A DNA stretch of 64,000 bases from Harriotta raleighana (Eukaryota): NCBI GenBank assembly GCA_050575255.1, contig JBNZDD010013730.1:6680925-6744924 (forward strand), in the 5' to 3' direction. Position numbers and translations under genes: made by a program. Below, in pieces: positions 38,851-51,683 of this stretch; the first letter of the stretch is position 1, and each line of letters opens with the position of its first letter. The notes beneath the pieces were generated by a model. The model did no database searches. It was not told where the DNA came from and saw only the letters and a list, made by a program, of their open reading frames with translations.

Positions 38851-41800
38851 TACTATACTCTTTGTATTCTCTAAAAATACCCTTTTCAACCCTAAACTTA
38901 TATCCTCTTTTTCAGCTGTCTCAGTGCACACCAGGCCTTCTACAGGAATGGTTTATATCTGTAAGACATAATTGTCATACCTCCTCAAAAGTAATTATTT
39001 TTTAACTTGTACTGTCCACATTAACAGCCTTGATCTAGCATTATAATGTTTATGTCATGTAATGCAAAGCCACACAGACAGATACACAATCCAAAATGCC
39101 AGCAATATGGTGACAATAGACAATACTGTACAAAGACTGGATATGAAACTAACAAGAAAGCTTAAAAAAAAACTGCACTGGCATTAACATGTTTTGGAGT
39201 GCATTCAAGGTTGTAATATTGCCTCAGTACTTGATGGAGCTCAAGCTTCACTCTCATACTTTGCACAATCATCCCAACCCTCAAGTGTATTTCTACTTAT
39301 AGCATATGTGCAAGCGCTGTTTATTCTGTTTGGGTTGTGCGGTTTCTGTTACCCGGAGGGGCACAGACACACAGGTTTTCTCACTGGAACTTGAAATCTC
39401 TTGTTCTATTGGAGAATCTGGTCGACTGTGAATGTTACAAAAGTGACCCATTTATTAGTCAAGATTATTTGTGTCTGAGTATTCAACTAAAAATGGTGTG
39501 CATACCATTTAACACTAATCAGGGCTGAACAGTGATACATATGAAATTTAACTTTTTAATTAGACTGCAGAATAGTTTATAACCTGGACCAACTGAGATG
39601 AAAAGAACCCCAATGACTTTGGACTTGATCTCTAATGCTTTGTTGTGAAAAATCATGAAGACCTACCATATAAACACAACATAAGTGATAGACACACTGA
39701 TAATTGGGTAACACCAGATGGTAGCATTAAATATCCAGACCGTGATCTTGGCAATATAAGTATGCATCACAAAACAGGCTTCCTGTAGTTCAAGATTAAA
39801 TACCTAAATAATAAAGGAACGTATACCTAATAAAGCTTGGTTATTAGTTACAGCTTGATCTCTCATCATGGCGCATTTCTTTGTTCTATGTGATGCTTTG
39901 TGAAATTTTTAGCTTCCCATGAAGAATAAACCTGTAGAAGTGATTTATTCTTCACAGGTGTTATAGAATCCAGGTGTGACATACACGTGGAGGTGATTTC
40001 CAATATTGTTGGGGAAAATGTACTACGTATATGATTATCACTGATGATAAGTATCACAGCACACAACCCATTTTGCACTCCGATTATATGCAGCCCATAT
40101 GATGGATCAGTTGTGCAGAAGATGCTTAATTAGATGCTCAGTTTTCATACCAGATCTTATAAAATTCCAGAATTCATCAGTATTCCCATAAACAATTCAA
40201 AAACCATTTAAAAAGATGCGCTTGTGAAATAAAAGTGAGCATTAGAAGTGTAAAATAATCCCAGTGAATATAATACTGAAATTAACTGAAATGCCTTTTT
40301 TATGCAAGCCCTTTTATGCCCATTTTTATATATTTAAACCAGTACATTTTGCATATCACCACATTCAGTTGCAGAGACATTATGCTGACTACTTTGAAGC
40401 TAAACTTGGAAAGCTGTGCTAACATTTTCAATAAATAGAGCAATTATTAAGCATCATGCAGTAGTGGTCAGAAAATCAGGAAATGAATGAGTCATGATTG
40501 GCTCCATCTATCCTAATTTAACATCATGCTTTTAAAACAGGTTTTTCAGATAGTTTCCAAAAGCTAATCTTTAATCTTTCGAATTAATACTCAGAATGAT
40601 GCACACTTGGAATGAAAATATGAGTGGCATGTATTACCAGACATTAACACAATTGAGACATTTTAAAACTAAGTGTTTAGTTGTGTCTCAAACTAAGTAA
40701 ACTGCAAGCATCTTTAAGTTAATCAGAACCCAAAGAGTTTGTTATTACCCACAGTGCAGTCCTGTTCATGTTTACTCTCTGCCATTTCTCATATTTTCGG
40801 ATTTTGGGGCTTTTCTGGGAAGATTGTGTTTTTTCCTTAAGTATACTAAAGGGTTAGGGCAAGGGAAGTTTGTAAAGTCTTAAAAAGAAATATACTTTTA
40901 TTATCCCTAGTCCAGCCGTTTGAATTTAAAAGAAAATTCCTCAAATAACAGAAATTGAATGTTCCTTATACCTTATGTGCTATTTAAAACAGCATTAATA
41001 TCATGAGTATCTTGTCTCTAAACCTGAGCATCACATTAAGCATCTTATTAATTTACCAAATCTTCAAGGTAACAGGGGGGTTTTATCCTGCTCACTTTCA
41101 AGATGATCACATGGATTACAGACAGCTGCACTGCAGTATCAACATGAAGAGGTCCTGGGTGGTGAGGTTCGATGCACAGAATGGGGGTTGGGTAAAAGAA
41201 ACACAACAAATGAAAAGCAATAGGAATCGAAGATTAAAAGAAAATGAAAGCAGTGGATAAAAAGCACAAGAGTATTCAATCCAGCTAAAGTATAAACAGA
41301 AAATCAAAGGCAAGCAAAGAACAAAGAGAGTACAAAATGAAGAGAGAAAAATCAAAGGTAGCCAAGAGGGAAAAACATTAAGCAATACAATAAGTTACAT
41401 CAGGTACAGCTAACATCCATTCCGACAATGTGTTTGAAGTGATCTTGGTTTATATATTTGCTTTGGTTCCTTATGTAAACCATTCGGTTATCACTGCTTA
41501 TTTATTTCTGCAGAAACATAGGCTGTTAGCAAGCAATAAGCCAGACAAATCCCAAACTTTCATAAGCATGGAGTTGATGCACTCTGAGCAAACTCACTTA
41601 CACATGCTATTCTTCCACATTCACGCCATTAAACTAGAACTAAGTAAGAATTTTAGCAAAAATGTTCAAAACAACAAAACAATCTGATGAAATGACATAG
41701 GGATTAGCTCAATACGTACTCCAACATCAAAATAGTCCAAATTAAATTGCTAAAGATATACAGTATTTGATATGACATATGTAGCACTGAGTGTTGGATT

Positions 41801-42545
41801 AATAGCTAAACCATAATTCTTATTTGCTTTGGTGCAAATTTATGGTGCCACCACTTTAACACTAGCTAATGGTGCAGCATGGAGAACGATATGAAAGGCA
41901 TGATTCTAGAATATGTTCAGTTACTCACTATAGAGTAACTGTTTTATTTCTGCCTGCTGCAAAACAATAGCTATCATTTTCTTGCAGGAGATCTTACATG
42001 TTCATTCTGGGCAAAAGCTTTTGTAGTGACAATTTTCAAAAAAACAAGCATACACCTGGCAGTGATATATTTACTGCTATGCATTTTTTCCCCCACTAGT
42101 CTCATCTCTTCCTTGGTAGCTGTGTTCTACACTCTTGAAGTGGAGTCAATTAAAGGAAACAAAAAAATAAGCCTTCATCTTGTGCCATTGCTTTTTTGTT
42201 TCAGGATAAATATATTTAGCATCACTACGTGCTTACTATAGAATCCTGCATAAGCTACTTCGACAAGCAACAAGGACAGTGATGGCACTTTCTAATCTGG
42301 AAACTGTACTCACCATTAGACAAAGTATTTCAGTTTAAGAAGTGTGTATCATAACATCAGAATTAGCGCAAGCCAGACAAAATATCCAGCACCACAATAA
42401 CCGCCCACATAATATCCTAAAGTAAGTGTTTAATCCATTTGTAGATACTATAATTCTATTCACGCTCTGATGCGTCAGCTGAATATTTTATTTAAAGGTC
42501 CCAGATTTTAGACATCGAGTGAAAAAGCTGCAAAACAAATCGTAC

Positions 42546-42955
42546 CTGTCTTTCCCAGTTTCCTGTTTGAATATCCTATCACAGTGATTCATGCGATCCT
42601 CGGTTGTCACATATATCTTTGCATGAGGGTAATTCTTCACAATTTCCCACAACATATTGTAAATGATTCCTTTCCCATCCTGACGCATGTTTCTATAAGG
42701 CCCCCAGATAACATAGACTGTGTCATTTGCTTCTCCAAAGAAATATTGCTGCCTTTGGAAGAGAAGCGGGACACTTGTGTGGGACACCACTCTGACAGTA
42801 GTCCTTGTCCCAACATCCGTCTCGAATCCCTTTGAGGGCGCATTGTTCATTCTCCAGACACATGTGGATTGGTCAATATTCTGGCCCATCTTTTGTCCGA
42901 GCATTTGTCCAGAGCTGGAGACAATGCTGCAGATATTACAGTTCAGTCGGAGAGG
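42546..42955 (-). CDS. ST6GALNAC3: ST6GALNAC3 internal coding exon (equivalent to human exon 3, 410 nt), sialylmotif L
   Basis: Translates PLRLNCNICSIVSSSGQMLGQKMG...RMNNAPSKGFETDVGTRTTVRVVSHTSVPLL...FKQETGKDR, closely matching vertebrate ST6GalNAc III as I recall it. Acceptor ttttttctgcag precedes 42955; donor AG|gtacg follows 42546 (phase 2). Confidence 0.96.
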
Positions 42956-43542
42956 CTGCAGAAAAAAGACAATTGTCAACATTCAGTTTCCATAACAACA
43001 ACAACTTGCATTTGTATAGTGGTGCAGCATCTTGAAGTGCTTGGAGAAACAGACACAGCACATAGATTGCATTTAAATATCAATGGCTGTATGCTCACTG
43101 CTTTGATAGAATAACTCTGTGCTATATCATATTTTAAATATTGAATTTTATTGCTTTCAAAGCAATCACTTCAGGACAATCATTTGTAATACTATTTCCG
43201 GTAGACATTTGCTTATACAGATTTACTGCTTTAATTACCCGATCCTGTTCTCAACATCATCAGAAAAACCGTGATCCACACAAATTAAATGGAGATGTTT
43301 CAATAATTAAACTTTACAGCTGGTGAGAAAAGAATAAGAACACCCAGGCAATGCCTGCAGAGATAAACACGGGAGATGTTTTAACCCTGATTTGGAAATT
43401 GATTGACCTTTGCTGACGACAATAGATTTTGCTTCCTTGTCATTAAAGTAGGATTCCCATTCTAAACCATACAGGTGCTAAAGGTCAGAACGTTTGACAA
43501 TAGGAGAGAATAAACCACTGTAATGCCACAAAACTGTTTTTN

Positions 43543-43641
43543 ACGGTCGAAGAGAAAGGTCTTGAGACCGGCCTTGAAAGAGGAAAGGGAGGGAGCGAGG
43601 CGAAGGCACTGGGGGATGGAGTTCCAGAGCCTGGGGGCTGG
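43543..43641 (-). mobile_element. Young L2 fragment between two N positions
   Basis: cggtcgaagagaaaggtcttgagaccggccttgaaagaggaaagggagg matches 28351-28430; encodes APRLWNSIPQCLRLAPSLSSFKAGLKTFLFDR (L2 ORF2 end). Confidence 0.88.
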
Positions 43642-44026
43642 GTAATGCCACAAAACTGTTTTAAAAAAAACTCACCTGAAAANGTAATGCCACAAAACTG
43701 TTTTTAAAAAAACTCACCTGAAAAGGTAAAAAGTACAGTAAGTTTGTATTCTTTTATTTAGCAGGACAAGAATGAATGCTCATAATTTTATTATGAGAAG
43801 TGAGTCACAGAAGCTGAATGAACATTGTGAGCAAGCTGAATTAGCATCATTAATTCAGAGTGCTTCAGTGATTGTGTCTCTACAATGGTGCATGTTAATT
43901 CATCTTGCTCACACCATAGGGATCAAGAATTCTTCACAGCCAATTCATGCGATGATTTCAACAAACACTGTTATTTTAAAAATTAGCCAAATGATAGTTA
44001 TAATGATCTTACACATTTAAAATTTC

Positions 44027-44383
44027 ATTTCAAGGGGCATTGTACAATAGGTTTGCTTGCTGATATATGAATCATATCCATTTCAGAACTGCTATTGGAA
44101 GCAAAAGTACCAAAGCTATTCTAATCATTCTTTAGCTCTTAAAATCTTTTTGAATTAAAGCGAAATTGAGATGATGTTCTAATAGATACCATTTTAATAT
44201 ATTGNATTTCAAGGGGCATTGTACAATAGGTTTGCTTGCTGATATATGAATCATACCCATTTCAGAACTGCTATTGGAAGCAAAAGTACCAAAACTATTC
44301 CAATCATTCTTTAGCTCTTAAAACAATTCTGAATTAAAGCGAAAGTGAGATGGTGTTCTAATAGATACCATTTTAATATATTG
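44027..44383. other. 178-bp duplication across a single N
   Basis: 44027-44204 versus 44206-44383; N at 44205; about 9 differences. Confidence 0.9.
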
Positions 44384-44992
44384 GGACTTCCAGTGAATGG
44401 GTCTAGTTTATAATTCCATGTCAATATTAAACTTAACTAATTTTGAAAGGCAACTTATTAGTGCATGTTCACTGGATTGCTGGATGTAACAGCGAAATGC
44501 TTCATCTCTGGAGAAAATAAATATTACAATGGAAGGACATTCTACTGCAAGAAGCATATACATTTTGTAGAAGTTCATTAGATCTGTTCCATTCTGCTGG
44601 CTGAAAGACACAGTGGAGGTAATAATGACATTAATGTAAAAGGAGAAGAGTTTTTTTTTCTCTCTCTCATTTATTAGAAGTTTTAGATCTAGTTACTGTA
44701 CATTTATCTTATATCCTGAAAGCAAGATTGAAGTGAGTTATACGGGAATCTAAGAACAATCTTAGAATAAGACAATTTATTGCGCTCTTGGAAGAGCTAG
44801 AAACTATTTAGAGGTAGCAGGGAAGTTTGTTTATCAATGCATTTCACTACATGCAGCAAAACCGCTGAAATATTACAATTATTACAAATTATAAGGAATT
44901 ATTATATAATTATTATATAATTATAAAATTGAGGAAATAAATTGGTTGTCATCAACCTTGAAGTGATCAATGGCCAGTAATAACTAATGACC

Positions 44993-45123
44993 TGTGCCCA
45001 GCAACAACGTAAAAGGGCATGCCAGGAGGCAAACGAGAGCTCCAATGGAGATTGGATNTGTGCCCAGCAACAACGTAAAAGGGCATGCCAGGAGGCAAAC
45101 GAGAGCTCTAATGGAGATTGGAT
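44993..45123. other. 65-bp duplication across a single N
   Basis: 44993-45057 versus 45059-45123; N at 45058; 1 difference. Confidence 0.9.
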
Positions 45124-47071
45124 GGAGGCATCAGTGTTGGAAGCCTGATGCCTACACAAATGATTTCTACTCACATGAGAGGCCAGAACTCCTGATACAG
45201 ATCTGACATCAAGCCTGTGAAATGATATAATCTATTCCAAAAGGAACACAGTAACTCAGCAGATGTTCAGTGCTTTATTAATTGCAGCAATTTAGTAATT
45301 TTCTTAAGAATGCTGTCAAATTACAAAATGCTGCTATTACATTAATTATATCTTGTGAATCTTTAAAGCCATTCAAAGTCATCTTGAACTGAAAAATATA
45401 TCATCACATTTGCACACCAGCTTTCTATTGGACACGATTGGCACAATTGCAGATGAATGTAAGTGAAGACAACAGTCATAGGTCTGTGTGATCACTGGAA
45501 ACCTGGTGGTACTTTAGCAAACTAGCTCACATTTAGGATAGTGTTAAAATGTCAAGGTTTTCCTACAACCTCTGTATTCTATTGATTGGCTCCAGGAATA
45601 GTGTAGGAGTAGAATACTGATTTATCACTTTTCCTCCATCATTTCATCTCATTTCATTGGTTTCACTTATCTTTCAACAGTATATACTCACAAACTGTAG
45701 TGAATTAATGAAGCTTTTGAAAATTACATAATTGGCATAAGTTCATACAACTACATACTTTCAATAATCTACATATATGACACTATTAGAATTTAGTATT
45801 TTTAAAATCAAATCAAGTTATTTTCACATTGTTCAGAGAATACTGAACCTAATTATTCAGTCTTATAGTTAGTAAATGGCAGCACAATCATTATCTTGCC
45901 TTTCGATAATCATATTGTTAACCTCTACAGATGTCAATTTTTGTAAAATAAAATGTAATTGATTTATGCCAATTTCCTTCTTTCCTTTATTATAGTTCTA
46001 AAATTATAATTGCTGTAAGAACGCATTTTAGTGCAGAGCTCACATTCAAACATTTAATACATAAATCAAATGCATTCAATCTTGCAAAAAAGGTTTCAGA
46101 GCAAAGGAGGTTTCACAGCAGATGGCAAATGACAGTAAATAAAAGTATTATCTGAGCAGTCAAGTGCATCAGTGGCACTTAAGACAATTTCTCATTACTG
46201 AAGGTCAAGGCATGCAATATGGCATATCTGAAGGACCAGAATAAGTGGAATTTAGAGGCAAACATCATGGCAGTTCAGTAGCTTTTTTTCTGAGCTTTTA
46301 AACTGAGACAGGAACTCTGCCATTCGTAGTGCATTACTATAGCAAGACGTCGCTACCTATAAATCCTATATGACACATCTGTGATTGTGGCAGTTGCAAT
46401 GTAAATTGGGGTACAGAGAATCACTCTGCCAACCTGATATCGACATGCCTGGGAAGTTGGTTTTGAAGAGCAATGAACACCCATGTAGAATAAATGCATT
46501 GGGTAACCTTCTGAAACTTTCCAATATACTGTACTGTATTTTGATGTTATTAAACAATCAATAACATGAACTCCTGAACCATAGGAATGTACATACACAA
46601 GGAGGGTGCATAATGTACACAAGAATGTACAAACACAAGGCCTTTAGGTGCTTTTTTTTTGTATAGATGTTTGCATCTCCAAGAAGCTGTCCATCCTCAT
46701 CACAAATGCCTGCACTTTTCTGTTTCTCACAGTTTTTCTCTTCGTGTGTTTTTTTTTGGCTAGCTCTATTAAAAATATCCGCCAATCAACTCTCCTCCAA
46801 CAATCACCTTGGGCAAATCACTTCCTATTCTGACAATGCTCTGGCAGAAGAAGTTTTCCTGAACCACTCTTTTTACTTCCCTAATCAAAGCTTGGATTCA
46901 TGCCTCCCCATCGCCTACACCTCCACAGCAGAAACAGGTTCTCGTGATTAATCACCAGTGCTAGGCTTACAGTTTGATAATATTTTTTTAAATGCCTACC
47001 TGCAATGTTGTGTGTACCAAGGTGCGGTTGTACAGAATGCCAAACCTATGTATAGTTTCCTGCCGGGAATT

Positions 47072-47533
47072 ACAACAACAGCAAAATCACACTTGTATGG
47101 CACCTTTCATGTCAGGAGGACATCCCAAGGTGTTGGACAGTCATTTTTTCAGACCCGAGCTTGGGTCGGGGACAGGAAGAGTGGAGAGAAAGTGGTGGAT
47201 TGGGGTGACCGATAGGACTGCTGAAGAGGAGTGTCTTGAGGTGGGACATAAAGGAGGCCACAGAGAGAACGAGGTGGAGGGTCTGTGAGATGGAGTTCCA
47301 GAGGTTTGGGGCAGAGTGTTTAAAGGCTCACCCTCAAGATGGTGGGACTGGTGGGTTGGGGGATGTAGAACATGCCGGAGCCTGCTGAGCAGGTTGGAAG
47401 GGGGTTAGCACGGATGTAGGGTGGGGCGAAGCTGTGCAGGGCTTTGAAATGTGAGGACCAGGATCTTGATTTGGATCCTCTGGTTGATGGGGAGCCAATA
47501 GAGTCGGGTGAGGATGCGGGAGATGGGGGTCAC
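47072..47533 (-). mobile_element. L2 LINE 3' fragment (more diverged)
   Basis: Encodes VTPISRILTRLYWLPINQRIQIKILVLTFQ; (CAA)n terminus homologous to the 28193 copy. Confidence 0.88.
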
Positions 47534-47853
47534 AAAACCAATAAACAACAGACAAATCTTAATCCATCTACCAAACTGACCATTTTCCATTATCTTGGGT
47601 CCGTGGAATAAACTGGACACTGGTGAAGTCAGGCTGTTCACCAATTACTGAAACGCAAGACCTCCGTTCATTTTCATTTTTGTATATTGAACAAGTGGGA
47701 GAAGACACACTAAACATACCGCGCATCCACAAAATTCAAAAATTCAACAATTTACACTTCACCCTTCACCCTTATGTTATCAAACTAAAGTTTTAAGCAA
47801 TTTCAAATTGAAATAGTTCATTTTCTGGAGTATGCTCCTTTTCTTTGTCATTG

Positions 47854-48118
47854 TGGAGTCCTGTAGTTCAGTGGTTAGAGCAATCTCCTTGCAAGCAAGA
47901 GACCTGGGTTTGATTCCAGGCACGCTTGATAATCATCTCTTGAAAAAAACAATAAATTAGTCATTTCAATCCACGACTGTTTGTGTGCGTAACTGGCTGC
48001 TGCGTTTCGCCCACAAATATATAGTCAATTCACTTTACAGTATATTCTGTGAAGCGTTTTAAGATGTCGAGAAGATGTGAAAAGGGCTAGATCAAATGCA
48101 AGAATTACTATTATTATT
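47854..48118 (+). mobile_element. tRNA-derived Deu-type SINE
   Basis: tggagtcctgtagttcagtggttagagc...ctgggtttgattccaggc head, shared body, (TTA)n tail. Confidence 0.9.
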
Positions 48119-50146
48119 GCTCTAACTTGCATTTTATTACAAGCTTTTTCTCCCAGACCTTCTTAAGCATAACTGTCAATTTTTATTAAATCCAAAGTCT
48201 TATGTAATGTCAAACGTGGACATTCTGTTTACGGTCATCTTGCCCACAATCACCCATTTGTAAGTTTCAGTATCTTGATCATCAATGGCAGACAGGAAAG
48301 TAAAGGTAATAATGCGATGCATCATGTGATAGTTATATGGAACTGCAGCTTGTTTGCCTCACACCAATGAATGAGAAATCAGATTCTCTTAGTTTGTGTT
48401 TCTAAGTGGGTTATAGAAGCAAATGCGTACCTTTCAGAGCTGGCAGTACATTGAGTTTGATGCCTGAATGGAATGGTTTGATACAATACAAAATATGTCA
48501 TCAGACCAACACTTAGAAAGAGGTGATAAATGTGACAAATTAGATTACTTCAGAGTGAGATGATTGCTTTGTAATGGACAAATCCTCTTTCTGTCTCATG
48601 CTTGTGGTCAAGACACATTCCACTGAATAGTTGAAGTGCCAAATTCCTATGTTATCTCGGCAGTAGCAGATGTTTCTCTGGATATTAGAGCTGGGGAGTT
48701 GAACACGTTCTCCTTTTAGGCACCAAGGTTGAGTATTTCCATATCAAGAACAATTGATTAGAAGCAACATAAAGCCTATTAGCTTTGTATTCCCAAGTGA
48801 AGTTGAGAAGTGTTCCCGTAGCCCAGAAATTTATCCCAGCAGTGTTATCCAGCCATTATTGCTTGCTGAAAGAAGTTGCTGCTTGGAACAAAAAACTGGT
48901 TTTGTGATGCGCTCAACTAAGAACTGGATTGAAACCATGGTCAACAATTTTACAAACTGTGAACATCTGAATGATTGTAAAATAATCTGATGGCATTGTG
49001 TTAGAATAGAATATCCGAAGGTACCAATAATTCAGACCCTGATTCAGCCACTTTCACGTTGGGACACCTTGGTTACACGACCTGGAAAAGCTTTGCTCAG
49101 CCTTAACTAGCAATGAATTCAGCATTCAGCAGCTACCAGCCTGGAGATTAGTCAATCTTCAATTAATTGTCAAACTGCTTGGACTCCCCATCATGTATAC
49201 GCCCACAACCTTCAGGTGATCGGGTTAAAAGGGAAAATCTGCTACCACAGTCCACTCTCTTTGGTCGAAACTGTTTCTGAAGGAAGGATTTTGATGGATC
49301 AGAGTGAGCAATTTTCATTTCCTTTTCCAAATAATCCAAACCGAGAAGTGCCTTTGAATGTATTCAACTGAGCACATGTGCAAATAAATGCATGTAGAAC
49401 TAACCAAATGTGTGAATGGAAAAATAAATATATGCATGTCTCCGCTGACTGATGCCAAACTCCGACTACTGTTTTAATATTATTAAAGAACCAGGAATGC
49501 AACCAAGTGGGCATGAGATTTGTGAGAAACTCAGTTGATGGTTCTGGTGATTTTGAAAAAACCTTTATAATAATGCACACAATTATATCTTACTACAAAA
49601 GATATGCCTTGGGTTTAGAGAGGTCCCAGGATAGATAATACATTCCTTTACTTCAACAATTTCTTACAGATTTGTTTGAGATAAACACGTAAACATTGTA
49701 GACTTGCATGTAAACATTGGATAATTATCAACCCTGCACAATTTTTCTGTGAAATGTATACAGCACTTTGATGTGTTAAAAAAAACTGTCAGATGTAATT
49801 TCAATTCCGTTCAATTTTTTTTGGGAGGTTTGGCTCATGTTAAAATGGTTTTACAATCTCTTACTTCCTCGCTACATAGTGCCAACAGTATAAATATGAA
49901 GCATAGGTATTGTATGTAGGCAATCCTGCCCACTAATCTCCCCAGCTCGTTTGCTCAATCATCTCTGTAAAGAGCTTTGGGATGTCCTCCAGCCAAGAAA
50001 GGTGTTATGTAAAGTGTTGTTTTAGATAGCATAAGGCCTGCAAAACAAAAAAAAAGGCTGCAGCAATCATTTTCACTTAAGTGGTTGGTCATTTAACCTG
50101 AAGTAAAGAGATGTTTATCAATCTTAAGGACTCCCTAATCCGAATA

Positions 50147-50581
50147 CAATAAAATCTTGTTTATTCGTGACTCGATGAACCGGAATACCCGGTCAACTAC
50201 CATCTCCAAAAAAAGTCATGATTCGATGAATCAGAAGTTATCTGCCAAATAGTGATGACGCATTTAATGAATCACTTGTTGCACGCGAGTACTCGTGCAG
50301 GTACTTGTGGCTGGCCGCTAGTCGGGTCTAAACTCGCTCCTGCTCCATTTAAAAGTCACTTTTTTTTTCCCTCCGTCGGGTGAGGGCTTGCCATTGCAAA
50401 GTTAAGTAGAAATAATAAAGTACTAATACAATATTCTGTTATTATTTAGTCTATTATTAATATGCTATGTGTTAAAATAATTTTTAATTTATATATTTTT
50501 TAAAAGAATCGTTCAACCGGAAAGCCGTTTTAAGTGTCACTGGCCTGATCCCATGGATGCCGGATAAACGGGGTTTTACTG
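50147..50581. mobile_element. Non-autonomous Tc1/mariner-superfamily (Tigger/pogo-like) DNA transposon, MITE copy 1
   Basis: TA|caataaaatcttgtttattcg ... ccggataaacggggttttactg|TA: imperfect TIRs with TA target duplication; CpG-rich interior. Confidence 0.8.
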
Positions 50582-50755
50582 TACTTCATATCTTTATAGG
50601 ACAAGATTGCATCCTACAGCCCAAGCTATCAGGTTACATACGAGACTCAGTTATTTAACAGCTGCTGTACTTTTGAGCAGGAACAGAGCATCAGAGAAAG
50701 GAATAAGAATGATTCAGAGCTTCAAAGGATCTACGTGACAGCAAGGAAGTCAAGA

Positions 50756-51102
50756 CAGTAAAACCCTGTTTATCCGGCACCCTCGGGGAGGGGATTGACT
50801 AATTGATTGCGCCGGTTAAACGGGGGACAAGTTGCCGACGTAAAAAATTAACTTATTTTAAAACATACCATGTTAATAATAGACTAAATAGTAACAGAAT
50901 ATTGTATGGATACTTACCAATAAAGCATTCCAGCACACTCGGTAAAAAGCATCTTTTACCAATCGGTAAAAACCGAAGTTCGGAAGTTTAATAAGTGCAC
51001 ATGCGCAAAGTGAGCAAACTCTCGATTGCTGGAATGGGAATTGCCCCGGGAAGGGGTCGAGCGATCCGGTTGATCGGGTCATGGATAAACAAGGTTTTAC
51101 TG
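50756..51102. mobile_element. Related MITE copy 2, opposite orientation
   Basis: cagtaaaaccctgtttatccgg ... ggataaacaaggttttactg|TA; internal taataatagactaaatagtaacagaatattgtat is the reverse complement of a segment of copy 1. Confidence 0.85.
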
Positions 51103-51404
51103 TAGATGGTAAAGAGTATCATCCAAAAGACATATAGATACTGGACACTTTTTCCAAGAGAGATGCTTGAAATAAGCTTGAAATAATATGCTTGAGACAT
51201 GGAGCTGTGATGGTGAATATAACAAAAATGGTAAAGTGAAGAATCGAAAATTGAGATGAAAGTGACAGATGATTGAGGAAAAATACAGATCAGAAATATA
51301 AGTAGACACATTGAAAGTGTAAAGACAAGAGGGAAGCTTACAGCAAAGAAAGATGTGAAGAAACAAGATAGGAAAAACATGGGTGAACTAAACATAAAAT
51401 AATT

Positions 51405-51683
51405 TAATAATACTAACCCTTGCATTTGATGTAGTGCTTTTCATGTCTTCGAGATGTCACAAAGCACTTCATGGAATATACTGTAAAGTGAATTGACTGT
51501 GTATATGTGGGCGAAATGCAGTGGCCAATAGCACACCGAAGTTGTGGATTGAAATGATCAAATTATTCTTTTTTTGAGGGATTATTATCAGACTTGTGGA
51601 GTTCAATTTAAACCTGCCTGGAATCGAACCCAGGTATCATGCTTGTAAGGCAAGTGCTCTAACCACTGAGCTACAGGACTCCA
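51405..51683 (-). mobile_element. tRNA-derived Deu-type SINE with intact A and B boxes
   Basis: Minus strand: TGGAGTCCTGTAGCTCAGTGGTTAGAGCACTTGCCTTACAAGCATGATACCTGGGTTCGATTCCAGGC, followed by body and tail. Confidence 0.9.

Noticed and set aside
42488-42982. 164-aa ORF as a single-exon gene, plus overlapping plus-strand ORFs
   Set aside because: Splice sites at 42955 and 42546 bound the homologous part; the ends are intronic read-through and the plus ORFs are antisense shadows.
50803-50991. ORF with YGYL resembling the missing ST6GALNAC3 stem exon
   Set aside because: Wrong strand and inside a MITE.
50988-51425. 145-aa hydrophobic ORF resembling a membrane protein
   Set aside because: It results from a purine-rich low-complexity tract read on the opposite strand and spans MITE and SINE edges.
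51611-51683. tRNA gene
   Set aside because: No proper acceptor stem, and it continues into a SINE body and tail; it is a SINE head.
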